A stretch of 64,000 nucleotides of DNA from positions 64,001 through 128,000 of the IMG/VR virus record IMGVR_UViG_3300025237_000001; one strand, given 5' to 3'. Position 1 is the first letter of the stretch. Each line of letters starts with the position of its first letter. The position numbers were made by a program, and so were the translations under genes. This document shows, piece after piece, positions 47,585-57,527 of this stretch. This stretch comes from a virus. The notes beneath the pieces were generated by a model, which was not told the origin of the DNA, searched no databases, and worked only from the letters and a program-made list of their open reading frames with translations.

Positions 47585-47905
47585 ATGGCACAAAAATATT
47601 TAGATAGATACAATAGGTTTAAAAGTGATGATAATTACAAACCAGTTCCTGGAATTAAGATATCCGAAAAAAAGAGTGATAAATTCTTGACTTATAAGGG
47701 TGGAAGCACTAGATTTGATATACTTAGTCAAAAATATTATGATTCACCGTATTACGGTTGGTTAATAATGTTGGCTAACCCAGAATTTGGTGGATTAGAA
47801 TTTAATATACCAAATAATAAAACGATAAGAGTACCTTTCCCGTTAACCACTTCTATAAATGATTATATCGAAGAAGTGGATAAATATTTTAGATTATATG
47901 GCTAA
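47585..47905 (+). CDS. Baseplate wedge protein, LysM/gpX/gp53-like
   Basis: RFDILSQKYYDSPYYGWLIMLANP...IRVP. Confidence 0.75.
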   Translation: MAQKYLDRYNRFKSDDNYKPVPGIKISEKKSDKFLTYKGGSTRFDILSQKYYDSPYYGWLIMLANPEFGGLEFNIPNNKTIRVPFPLTTSINDYIEEVDKYFRLYG

Positions 47906-50900
47906 TTCAAATTCAATTGTACAAGCAGAACAAATACAAAACCTATTAGTAATTGACCCATCCGCAAAGGGTATGTCTAATGTTAATGTTGAGGACTTAA
48001 GTATTTCTGTTGAGTTAGAAGTTTACAAGAGGGATGAAAACCCAATTATTTTTAGTAATGGTGAAGTGACCACAGGGAATAAAACCAATCCAGAAGCAAC
48101 AAGAATTAGTTTTATTGATGGGGTTGGTGAAGAAGACCATTTAACAACACATTACACTGAATTAACAACCGATTTTGGAAAAGATAATGATGTTGGTTCA
48201 TTAGGTATTGAGAGTATCGACATAAGCTTTAATACATCATATGTTCCAATTGTTAAGATTAGATTTAAAGATATTAGAGCTAGGTTATTTGAAATGGGTG
48301 ATGAATCACCGTACAGTTTCTTATTTAAGATGCCATACCCAATCTTTTACCTAACAGTGAAGGGTTATTATGGAAAACCAGTTAAATATGCCTTACACCT
48401 TACTAAATTCAATGGACAATTAGATAATGATACAGGTAGTTTTATAATTACATGTGATTTCATAGGATATACATATGCGTTCTTAGCTGATTTATTAATG
48501 GGTATTTTGAAAGGAATCCCTTATACAAAACGTGGTATAGATTTAATGAAACCAGATTTTGTTTCATTTGATGAGTTAACCGCTGTAGTTAGTCAATTAG
48601 AAAAAAATATAACTAAATTTAATAAAAAAAATAAACCATTAAGAGCGTTATCAATATTCGGTGATTTAATTATAAAACTAAATGCTATTAGAGATAATTT
48701 AATTACATCCATAGCGTCCAATTCTTATAACGTTGTTGATAATACGAACCTTGTTGGTGCCGAATTCGTTTCTTGGGGTAGTCACATTAATATTGGACCT
48801 TCAAGTTCATTACCAAGTAGTGACCAAGATATTTATCAGAGAGAGGTTTTAGATTTCGTAGAACAATATAATAACCTTAATGATAAAAAAGGCGTACCTA
48901 GTTATAAATTAAATAAGGAAGATTTTCTATTAGACAATGATGGTGTTTGGATTAATAACTATAACACAAATGATTTCATAGTACCAGATGGAATTCTTAA
49001 TGGTATACCCAAAACATTTGAAGAATTTCAAAATTCTAGTTTAGATAAGTATCCAAATTATGCAACAACTGACGATAAAGAATTAAGAGCAAAATATAAT
49101 AACTTCATTAAAATAGTTGATTATAAATCTAAAAACATTAGCAACTTCACCTATAATTTTAAAGAAAATATGACTCTTTTTGATATTAGATTTGCAATAG
49201 CTAAAATAGATAAATTAAATTTATTAATAACTAACGATTATAAAGAAGCTAAAAAAGATGTTACTGAAACATTTATAGATGGTATAACAGAATATTTAGA
49301 AAAGGATGGAAGCGTTTTTGATGCTTCAATAGGTTCTTTGTTTAAAATCTTATGTAGTCATGTTGATTTATTTGTTGATGTAATAAAAGACCTTGAGAAA
49401 GATATTAAAGAAGATGTTATTAGTGGTCAAAGAAATGTCAGTGAAGCGGATAAAACTAATTTTAGTCAATACACTGATGGTACAGGATTAACTGAAATTC
49501 CAGTTAATGCTTTCCCTGAATATATCGAAAAAGAAATTATCACTGATAGTGATGGTAAGAGTAATAGTGCTTTAGTTGAAAAATGGTTAGGTTCAGCTAT
49601 TAACCCTGATATTAGGAAATATAAAGAAGTATTGTTTATTGATGATTTATATGATTCAATGATAAAAGCGGCTAAAAAAGATAGTGAAAATTTACTAAAT
49701 TTAGTCCAACTTCCAAAGGGTTGGTACCCAGTAAACCCGTTAGAGACTAAAGCGTTTAATAGTAATAATACAAACCCATGGGAGGTTGCGGAAAACTTAA
49801 CGAGTGGACCTATTTTAAAATTAATGCATCAAAGAATGTCATTATTTTTAGGTTATAGTAACGATTTTAGCGATACTGATAAAAATTATGATAGAGAGAT
49901 TATAAATATGGCTAAAATTGAAGCTAATCAATTAAATGAAAGTATATTAGACTCAGGGGTTAAAAAACAAATAATATGGCAAGATGCAAATTCAAGTGAA
50001 TGGGCAAAAAGGGTAGAGACAACGTTAGGTGACGGTGATGAGTCCTTTGGGTCAATGGGTAAAGACTTTGATTTAAGATTATATTATGACGATTCATTTT
50101 TTAGCTCTAATGATGAGTATGTATATAGACATGGATTAGAAACCTCAAATGATGTTGCCCTTCTAGATTCAGAACAAAACATTTCAATTACACAAACAGA
50201 AGGTAATTTAACAAAAGGGATTAATACCACAAATACACCGACTTTATTTGGTACTTCGGTAGTTTCAAATATAGATACACCAAGTACGGAGATAGTTGAG
50301 AATTTTATTAAGATAATACCTTATGACACATATAGTCAGGATTATAAATATGAATCATGGTTAGGTGATTCACCTAGTAGGGACACTAAAAAAACAACTA
50401 GACTTACTAAAAATATAAATGAGGTAAATGATTTCCATAGTGGTCTTTATAAAACCCACGAATTTTCTACGTATATAGATGATGAAATAGGTTTTGACAA
50501 CTATAATTTATCTTATGAATTTTATGATAAAGAACTTAAACTTAACCTTCTGCAAAACGCAAAAGGTGTTAATAAACCATTCTCTTTTCAATCGAAATTT
50601 ATTAGTAATGGTAAGGAATTTTCACTTTTTGGTAGTGAATGGTATTATGCTCAAACTGATATAAGTAAAGCGTTATTATTCTTACACTCAATTCCTTTTG
50701 ATGGGACTAACTTAGAATCAAAAGGTAGTACTGAACTTATGCATGGTATGTTAAGTGATAAAAATTTAAAATTCTTTAATGAAAGAGCTGGCTTCGTTTT
50801 AGTACCAGATTCTTGGTTATTATTACTTGGCGGTCTATTATATAGAGAATCATTAAATAATGAAATGATTATGTTTAGTGACGCTAATGGTTCATTAGTT

Positions 50901-53054
50901 CCTAATATTGATGATATTGATTTAAATAAAAATGATTATTTAATTAATAATAGTATATCAGTTGGTACATTTGGTAGTAGTTCCACTTATAGATATAGTA
51001 ATGGGGCGATTAACTTTATAAACATTAATGTTCCTAGAGAATATACGAAAATTCCTGATGTAATATTAAGATTACCAGAATCAGTTAAAACTATTTTAAA
51101 GAGTTATTTTGCTGCTTGGGTTGATAATAGTGAAGGTTGGATAAAATTGAAAAATGTGTTAGAACTTGAATTTACACCTAATGGAATAATAGGTGATAAT
51201 TACGAAACAGTTACGGAAAATAACACATTTGAGGGTAATTACGACTTAAAATTAGAAGATGGTTCAGATGGTTCAGACGCTTTAAATATTTTTTTAGGGA
51301 GTAAAAAAATATTAATGAATAGTACTTATAGAATTTGGAAAGGTGAAACTAAAAGATATAAAAAAATTGTAATTAAAGAAGCTCATTATAATTTATATTT
51401 AAAAACATTTTACAACGAACTTAGTGTTTTAAATGGTAAGGTGGCACTTGACGCTAAATCTAAAATTAATAGACAGTTGTTTAATACGGACAATGTTGAT
51501 GATATTAAATTAAGTTTATATAAAAATATAAAATCTGTTTATAATAAATGGATAGTTGGTGTTAACCCTAGTGTTGACCCAGTTATTTTACATGACTTAT
51601 ATAAAAGTTTTAACTTTTTAGATAGGGCACATATTGATATTTCAAATAATTTTAAAATTTCCCCAACTAAGTTTGTTGAATTCTTATCAACGAGTTCCAA
51701 TATGAATTTTTATAGCTTTATTGCTAGAATTCTTAGTGAAAATAATTTCGATTTTATTCCGTTACCAACATTTCTTGATTATTCATCAGCGGAGAAGGTT
51801 AAAGGTGTTTTTGAACCTCAAAGATTTAAAGATATGGCTGCGACAAACGGACCAACATTTGTTTGTATGTATTTTGGTGAGCAATCTAATAAATTAAATG
51901 TTAGTAAAAAAGATGATAGGGGTGATAGTTTTAGTATACCTACTAAGTACAATAAAGATGGTGATTTAATTATAAGTGATTTTGATGATTTACCAGATGA
52001 TTTTAAAACTGGTAATAGAACAATACCATACTTCTTAGTGAACTATGCTGACCAAAACCAATCTATATTTAAGAATATAACTTTAAATCAAGCTGAATTT
52101 ACGGAAACCAATGAGAGCCTTGAAATAATCGAGAGTCTTTCAAGGAGAAATAGAAATAATTCACTTGGTCAAAATTTATTTGACATTTATAGTAATAGAG
52201 CATATTCAGCTGAAGTTGAGATGTTAGGGAATGCACAAATACAACCATTTATGTTCTTCCAAATTAATAATATTCCTATGTTTGATGGTGCTTATACAAT
52301 TATAAACACTAGTCATCACATCAAGGCGAATCATATGACAACAACCTTTAAGGGTGTTAGGATTAGAAAGGTTAAAACCAAAATGATTGATAACGAAACG
52401 TTATATGCCCATTTACTTGCTAACTTAAACGAAGTTGATAATGATGACGCTAATTTAGGTGATATAGGTACTTCAAATAATGCAAATCCTAGAGAAGAAC
52501 TAACCCCTGAAGATAAAGAAAGAATTACAAATTCTAGAGAAGATATTCCAAATGATATTAAAGGGACTTGGGCTAATCCATTAGGTAATATGAATGTTAC
52601 TAGTGACTTTGGACGTAGAAGTATTGGATTTCATAATGGTATGGACTTCACCGCTGCTATTGGAACAGATGTTAGTACCGTTGATGAGTTAATAATTAGA
52701 AGAGTTAGATGGAACCCAACAGCGGGTGGTCTATACGTTGATTTTAGAGTTAAAGATAGAGATATATATATTAGATATATGCACTTATCTACTTTAACTC
52801 ACCCAGCTTTTGCTGGTATAACACCAGTACCTAATATGGATATCACACAAGGTGGACCAATTGGTACCGTTATAAAAAAAGATGTTATATTTGCCAAATC
52901 AGGTGATTCGGGTGAAGTACCTAAACATTTACATATAGACATTAGGAATACAGTTGGTGTAACTGGTGGTAACCAATTTAAAGAACCTCAATATTTCTTT
53001 AACATGGAAGGGTGGACTTGGAATTCAAACCAATCTAAATTAGATGACCTATAA
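47898..53054 (+). CDS. Large baseplate hub protein with a C-terminal M23 peptidase
   Basis: Start trimmed to MANSNS; hub-like N-terminus (GIESIDI..NTSYVP.V.I.F.D); HNGMD (HxxxD), YMHL, HLH. Confidence 0.75.
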   Translation: MANSNSIVQAEQIQNLLVIDPSAKGMSNVNVEDLSISVELEVYKRDENPIIFSNGEVTTGNKTNPEATRISFIDGVGEEDHLTTHYTELTTDFGKDNDVGSLGIESIDISFNTSYVPIVKIRFKDIRARLFEMGDESPYSFLFKMPYPIFYLTVKGYYGKPVKYALHLTKFNGQLDNDTGSFIITCDFIGYTYAFLADLLMGILKGIPYTKRGIDLMKPDFVSFDELTAVVSQLEKNITKFNKKNKPLRALSIFGDLIIKLNAIRDNLITSIASNSYNVVDNTNLVGAEFVSWGSHINIGPSSSLPSSDQDIYQREVLDFVEQYNNLNDKKGVPSYKLNKEDFLLDNDGVWINNYNTNDFIVPDGILNGIPKTFEEFQNSSLDKYPNYATTDDKELRAKYNNFIKIVDYKSKNISNFTYNFKENMTLFDIRFAIAKIDKLNLLITNDYKEAKKDVTETFIDGITEYLEKDGSVFDASIGSLFKILCSHVDLFVDVIKDLEKDIKEDVISGQRNVSEADKTNFSQYTDGTGLTEIPVNAFPEYIEKEIITDSDGKSNSALVEKWLGSAINPDIRKYKEVLFIDDLYDSMIKAAKKDSENLLNLVQLPKGWYPVNPLETKAFNSNNTNPWEVAENLTSGPILKLMHQRMSLFLGYSNDFSDTDKNYDREIINMAKIEANQLNESILDSGVKKQIIWQDANSSEWAKRVETTLGDGDESFGSMGKDFDLRLYYDDSFFSSNDEYVYRHGLETSNDVALLDSEQNISITQTEGNLTKGINTTNTPTLFGTSVVSNIDTPSTEIVENFIKIIPYDTYSQDYKYESWLGDSPSRDTKKTTRLTKNINEVNDFHSGLYKTHEFSTYIDDEIGFDNYNLSYEFYDKELKLNLLQNAKGVNKPFSFQSKFISNGKEFSLFGSEWYYAQTDISKALLFLHSIPFDGTNLESKGSTELMHGMLSDKNLKFFNERAGFVLVPDSWLLLLGGLLYRESLNNEMIMFSDANGSLVPNIDDIDLNKNDYLINNSISVGTFGSSSTYRYSNGAINFININVPREYTKIPDVILRLPESVKTILKSYFAAWVDNSEGWIKLKNVLELEFTPNGIIGDNYETVTENNTFEGNYDLKLEDGSDGSDALNIFLGSKKILMNSTYRIWKGETKRYKKIVIKEAHYNLYLKTFYNELSVLNGKVALDAKSKINRQLFNTDNVDDIKLSLYKNIKSVYNKWIVGVNPSVDPVILHDLYKSFNFLDRAHIDISNNFKISPTKFVEFLSTSSNMNFYSFIARILSENNFDFIPLPTFLDYSSAEKVKGVFEPQRFKDMAATNGPTFVCMYFGEQSNKLNVSKKDDRGDSFSIPTKYNKDGDLIISDFDDLPDDFKTGNRTIPYFLVNYADQNQSIFKNITLNQAEFTETNESLEIIESLSRRNRNNSLGQNLFDIYSNRAYSAEVEMLGNAQIQPFMFFQINNIPMFDGAYTIINTSHHIKANHMTTTFKGVRIRKVKTKMIDNETLYAHLLANLNEVDNDDANLGDIGTSNNANPREELTPEDKERITNSREDIPNDIKGTWANPLGNMNVTSDFGRRSIGFHNGMDFTAAIGTDVSTVDELIIRRVRWNPTAGGLYVDFRVKDRDIYIRYMHLSTLTHPAFAGITPVPNMDITQGGPIGTVIKKDVIFAKSGDSGEVPKHLHIDIRNTVGVTGGNQFKEPQYFFNMEGWTWNSNQSKLDDL

Positions 53055-53055
53055 T

Positions 53056-53088
53056 TTGTTATTTTAGATATAATTTAGTATATTTGCA
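53056..53088 (+). promoter_or_regulatory. Putative host-sigma (Bacteroidota-type) promoter
   Basis: TTG-N20-TATATTTG(CA), matching the -33 TTG / -7 TAnnTTTG consensus. Confidence 0.65.
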
Positions 53089-53090
53089 AA

Positions 53091-53705
53091 ATGGAGATAG
53101 CTAACATCGTATGTAAAGACGTTATAAATATTGGTCCAGAGTTCAACGTTGTTGATTCTGTGGATGATATTATCTATACAAATTTACCAACATTAATTAT
53201 TGGCTACGAAGATGCTATCAATCTATATGGTGTTGATAACATCAATGTTTTAAAGCGTAATATTAAGAGAAATCTGTTTTGGACATTTAGAAGAACAGTA
53301 GAACGTAAAGTCTATGAACCCGATATAGAAGCCTTTATAAAATATTCCTACAAAAAAGCTATTGAGAATATAAATTATGTGGATATTGACATTATTCAAT
53401 TTTCACCCAATAAATTATATAAAATTACCAAGAAAATACTAGGATTAAAACAACCACTATCCTATAAGTCAGCGAATAACGTAATTTATGTTTATTCTGA
53501 AAATTTAATTTTTGGAGTTGATATGAATTTACTAGAGTACGTTGGAGTTGATGTTGAAAAAGTGGAGAAAAAAATAATTGATAAAAGTGTGGTGTTTCTG
53601 GAAGGTTCGGAGATACTTATAGAATATAATAACCAATTGGAGCGTTTGAAATATGATTACAAATTTCTTCCTTTTTTATATTCCATAAAAAACCCACATG
53701 ACTAA
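53091..53705 (+). CDS. Hypothetical protein
   Basis: 204 aa ORF immediately after the promoter. Confidence 0.7.
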   Translation: MEIANIVCKDVINIGPEFNVVDSVDDIIYTNLPTLIIGYEDAINLYGVDNINVLKRNIKRNLFWTFRRTVERKVYEPDIEAFIKYSYKKAIENINYVDIDIIQFSPNKLYKITKKILGLKQPLSYKSANNVIYVYSENLIFGVDMNLLEYVGVDVEKVEKKIIDKSVVFLEGSEILIEYNNQLERLKYDYKFLPFLYSIKNPHD

Positions 53706-54102
53706 AAAATTATTGATAGCTGCATTTATTTCTCGAAATGAATTAGAGCAGTTCTTAAAACAAATATATACAGAATTTGACGTTGAAAGTAACAAGGTTT
53801 TCATCTACGAAAACTTAGAAGATGACTCTCAATATGTAGCTACGTTTTATATCAACCTGAATATAGGAGAAAAGGTATTCCTACAAAATTACTTCAAAAA
53901 CGCCTTAATTGTCCATAAGAAAAAGAAAACATTCTACACCATTAATGCCCTTAATAAATTAATCGAAAAGGAACATAATTTAGATAAAGGTAATATTGAT
54001 TATAAAAATTGGAAAATAGATTGGTCTAAGTTCCAAAACAAAATAATTATCAATAGTAATAATAAATTGGTTTTAATAGGCTTAAAACGGTTTTTTTCAT
54101 AA
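53698..54102 (+). CDS. Hypothetical protein
   Basis: 134 aa, overlaps the upstream ORF; IVHKKKKTFYTINALN. Confidence 0.7.
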   Translation: MTKKLLIAAFISRNELEQFLKQIYTEFDVESNKVFIYENLEDDSQYVATFYINLNIGEKVFLQNYFKNALIVHKKKKTFYTINALNKLIEKEHNLDKGNIDYKNWKIDWSKFQNKIIINSNNKLVLIGLKRFFS

Positions 54103-54141
54103 TTTCTATCTATTTATATTAACTGATAAATATTTAATATT

Positions 54142-54318
54142 ATGAAAAATACCAAAATAGACGAATTAAATAAGTTTTTGGAAGAGAATGAAGAGGAAGG
54201 TACCGTTTGTGACATCGATGGTAACTGTAGACCAAAGCTTATCAAACCAGATAAGAGTATTGTTGAGAGAATTAGCAAGAAAATAATAATCGAAGACGGA
54301 AGACAATTATTAATGTAA
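54142..54318 (+). CDS. Small hypothetical protein (58 aa)
   Basis: Not in the track; MKNTKIDEL...VCDIDGNC...EDGRQLLM, after a TATTTATA box, TAATG-coupled to the next gene. Confidence 0.65.
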   Translation: MKNTKIDELNKFLEENEEEGTVCDIDGNCRPKLIKPDKSIVERISKKIIIEDGRQLLM

Positions 54319-55073
54319 TGAAAAGATACACAAACGAAGATAACAAAAACGATAAAGATAGATTTAGATTACTTTTAGAGTATGATTTCTATATTGGTGA
54401 AGAAGAAGAAGTTGAACCAGAAGGTGAATTAGTAACTGAAGAACCACCAGAAGGTGAAGCTCCAGATGAAATGGCTCCTGATGATGAAATGGCTCCTGAC
54501 GCTGAAATGGGTGGTGAAGAAGAATTGGCTCCTGACGCTGAAATGGGTGATGAAGAAGGTTTTGACGCTCCTGAAGAAGAAATGATGGGTGGAGAACCAG
54601 AAGGTTTTGACGAACCATTACCTGAACCAGAACCAATGGAAGATGAAGTTGAATTAGATGTTACTGAATTAGTTCAAGGAACAGAAGCTGCAAAACAATC
54701 ATCTGATAGAGCAAACCAACAAATCGATGTGTTAATGAATAAATTTGATAGTTTGAATGCGTCATTAGAAAAAATGGCTGCAATCAATACTAAGATAGAT
54801 GATTTAGAACATGAAATCGAAAAAAGAAACCCAACACCTCAAGAACAATTAGAAATGCGTTCATTAGATTCATATCCTTATAGTCTTAAACTTACAGACT
54901 ATTGGTCTGAGAAGGAAGGTAATTATGATGCGATGGGTGGAGACAAGGCAAAAGACCAAGAATATGTACTTACACAAGACGAAGTAGATAGAGATTACAA
55001 TGCAATTGAAGTAAAAGATTCATTTATCCATGACCCAGAAGAGGATGAGGTAGATGATTTTAAAACGTTTTAA
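54318..55073 (+). CDS. Very acidic hypothetical protein with APD.EM repeats
   Basis: 251 aa; APDEM APDDEM APDAEM repeats and a coiled-coil C-terminal half. Confidence 0.7.
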   Translation: MKRYTNEDNKNDKDRFRLLLEYDFYIGEEEEVEPEGELVTEEPPEGEAPDEMAPDDEMAPDAEMGGEEELAPDAEMGDEEGFDAPEEEMMGGEPEGFDEPLPEPEPMEDEVELDVTELVQGTEAAKQSSDRANQQIDVLMNKFDSLNASLEKMAAINTKIDDLEHEIEKRNPTPQEQLEMRSLDSYPYSLKLTDYWSEKEGNYDAMGGDKAKDQEYVLTQDEVDRDYNAIEVKDSFIHDPEEDEVDDFKTF

Positions 55074-55104
55074 AAAATTAACTAACTGAAACTAATAGAT
55101 ATAG

Positions 55105-55134
55105 AGCACGACCTACCAGGTTGTGCTTTTTTTT
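55105..55134 (+). terminator. Intrinsic terminator
   Basis: AGCACGACCT-ACC-AGGTTGTGCT followed by a T run. Confidence 0.8.
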
Positions 55135-55156
55135 CCGAAAATAAATACAATTTTAC

Positions 55157-55189
55157 TTGTTATGGGGAACATAATGTAGTATAATTGCA
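55157..55189 (+). promoter_or_regulatory. Putative promoter of the SSB/replication operon
   Basis: TTGTTA-17 nt-TATAAT-TGCA; matches the 21951 and 53056 motif. Confidence 0.65.
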
Positions 55190-55320
55190 TCATGTTATAC
55201 AGAGATACTGTTTCTGTTTTAACCAAACCATTACCATTGACAAATTATTACAGATGGTAATGTAATAACGACCCCGACACTAAAAAACGAAGTCGGGCAA
55301 CTTAAAAACAATTATTTATT

Positions 55321-56277
55321 ATGAGTAAAGAAAACTCGGCATTACAAGCGATGTTAGCCCAATATGAGCAAGCATCAACATTCTCAAGTGAAAATTCATT
55401 TGACATTAAAAATTACTTCTCAACATTTTTACCTGATGGAGTAGACAATAAAATGGTAGCGATTAGAATTCTACCAATTGAAGGAACAACTCCTTTTCAA
55501 GAAGTTCAAGTACACTCTGCTAAGGTAGATGGAAAAAACCGTAAGTTTACATGTATCGCACATCTTAATGATGAGCCATGTCCTTTCTGTGAAGCAAGGG
55601 AACAATTATTAGCCACTGGTGAAAAAAGTGACGAAGAATTAGCAAAATCTTACAAGCCAAGATTGATGTATATCGTTAAAGTTATCGATAGAGACAACGA
55701 AGCTGATGGACCAAAATTCTGGAGATTCCCAATCAACTATAAGAAAGATGGTATCATGGACAAAATCATGGCTACAATTACAATGTTAAAGGAGGATGTA
55801 ACAGACCCTGTAACAGGTAGAGATTTAGTTCTTAACATCGTTAGAGTGAAAAACCCTAGAGGTGGAACTTATCCAGCAGTTAATTCTGTACAAGGAATGG
55901 ATAAAAAAGCTTTAAGCACTGACGCTGAATTATCAGCTAAATGGTTGAATGACAAAAAAACATGGCAAGATGTTTATTCACTTAAAGATTATGATTACTT
56001 GAAAATAATCGTAATGGGTGAAGTTCCAGCATGGAACAAAAGACTTGAAAAATTTGTTGCTAAGTCTTCATTGACTGAAGCTGACAATGAATCAACAACT
56101 GAAAGTTTAGATTCTCAAGTTAACAGTCCAGATTCTTCAATAGCCGTAGGTGCTAACGCATCTGAAGCTAAGACAGAAACGAAAGTTGAAACGAAAGTGG
56201 AAACTAAAGCTGAAACTACTTACACCGCTCCAGTTGATGAGCCTATTGCACAAGTAGAAGACGACTTACCGTTTTAA
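55321..56277 (+). CDS. Single-stranded DNA-binding protein (T4 gp32-like)
   Basis: IRILP, FTC...PCPFCE, VKVIDRDNEADGPKFWRF, DPVTGRDL, acidic tail EDDLPF. Confidence 0.85.
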   Translation: MSKENSALQAMLAQYEQASTFSSENSFDIKNYFSTFLPDGVDNKMVAIRILPIEGTTPFQEVQVHSAKVDGKNRKFTCIAHLNDEPCPFCEAREQLLATGEKSDEELAKSYKPRLMYIVKVIDRDNEADGPKFWRFPINYKKDGIMDKIMATITMLKEDVTDPVTGRDLVLNIVRVKNPRGGTYPAVNSVQGMDKKALSTDAELSAKWLNDKKTWQDVYSLKDYDYLKIIVMGEVPAWNKRLEKFVAKSSLTEADNESTTESLDSQVNSPDSSIAVGANASEAKTETKVETKVETKAETTYTAPVDEPIAQVEDDLPF

Positions 56278-56298
56278 TAAGTAAGTCCAAACAATAAT

Positions 56299-56337
56299 GG
56301 TTTGGTAGTGAGGGATTCCACTACCAGACCTTTTTTT
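56299..56337 (+). terminator. Intrinsic terminator after the SSB gene
   Basis: GGTTTGGTAGTG-N8-CACTACCAGACC followed by T7. Confidence 0.85.
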
Positions 56338-56395
56338 AGCTCTAAGAGTTAAAAATAAACATAAAAAACATATGTTTCCCTAATTATTAACTAAA

Positions 56396-57502
56396 ATGGC
56401 TAAAAAACCAACAAAAACCACTGTAGCAAAAACCAGTTACAGCTTAGATGACTTTAAAGCGTCACAAGGTATCACTAAAACAATAAAAGATAAAGAATTA
56501 TCATGGGTACCACTATCCAAAGCATGGCACGATGCAATTAAACTGCCAGGATTTGCAAGAGGGTATGTAAACTCAGTAAGAGGATATTCAAACACTGGAA
56601 AATCAACAGCTTTTTACGAAGCGATTGCTGGAGCACAAAGAATAGGTGACTTACCAGTAATATTTGAAACAGAAGGTAATTTCAATTGGGAACATGCAAA
56701 GATGTGTGGGATGCAATTTGAAGAGTTGGTAGATGAAGATACTGGCGAGATTACATATGGAGGTAAATTCCTTTATATGAGTAACAAAGATTTACTAGAT
56801 AGGTATCAAAATTATGACCACCAACATAGTAAGGAAATGACCAAACCATTAAGGTTTGAACCAGTTTTAGAAGACGTAGCAAGGTATATGACCGAGTTAT
56901 TGGATATGCAAGCTGAAGGTAAGTTGAAGGAACATTTATGTTTCCTATGGGATTCAATTGGAACATTGAATGGATTTAAATCAGCGATGTCTAAAACAAC
57001 TAACAATATGTGGAATGCTGGCTCAATGAAAGTATTTCAAGCGATTGTTAATTACAGAATACCAGCTTCTAGAAGAGAAGATAGTGAATTTACAAATACA
57101 TTTATTTGTGTTCAAAAGATTTGGTATGACAGTATGAATATGAAGATTAAGCACAGTTGTGGTGAGTTCATGTTCTTCAATTCAAGATTAATAGTTCATT
57201 TAGGTGGTATTATATCACATGGAACTAAAAAATTAAAAGCTACTGCATTAGGTAATGATTATCAATACGGTACCGAATGTAAGATTAACTGTGAGAAGAA
57301 TCACGTTAATGGTCTTGAAAAGAAAGGTATTATAGCGTCAACCCCACATGGGTATTGGAATCCATTGGATTTAGATAGTTATAAAAAAGAGAAGAGAGAT
57401 TTCATTCATGAAAAATTGAATGTAGAATATAGTACTGATTTAGAAATAGATTACTCTGTAGAAGAAGGTGAAAAGTCGAATGACGATTTTTCAGGAAATT
57501 AA
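56396..57502 (+). CDS. uvsX: RecA/UvsX-like recombinase
   Basis: Walker A GYSNTGKS, FETEG, FLWDSIG; follows the SSB gene. Confidence 0.75.
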   Translation: MAKKPTKTTVAKTSYSLDDFKASQGITKTIKDKELSWVPLSKAWHDAIKLPGFARGYVNSVRGYSNTGKSTAFYEAIAGAQRIGDLPVIFETEGNFNWEHAKMCGMQFEELVDEDTGEITYGGKFLYMSNKDLLDRYQNYDHQHSKEMTKPLRFEPVLEDVARYMTELLDMQAEGKLKEHLCFLWDSIGTLNGFKSAMSKTTNNMWNAGSMKVFQAIVNYRIPASRREDSEFTNTFICVQKIWYDSMNMKIKHSCGEFMFFNSRLIVHLGGIISHGTKKLKATALGNDYQYGTECKINCEKNHVNGLEKKGIIASTPHGYWNPLDLDSYKKEKRDFIHEKLNVEYSTDLEIDYSVEEGEKSNDDFSGN

Positions 57503-57527
57503 TATTAACCCTTTAAATTAAAAGGAT

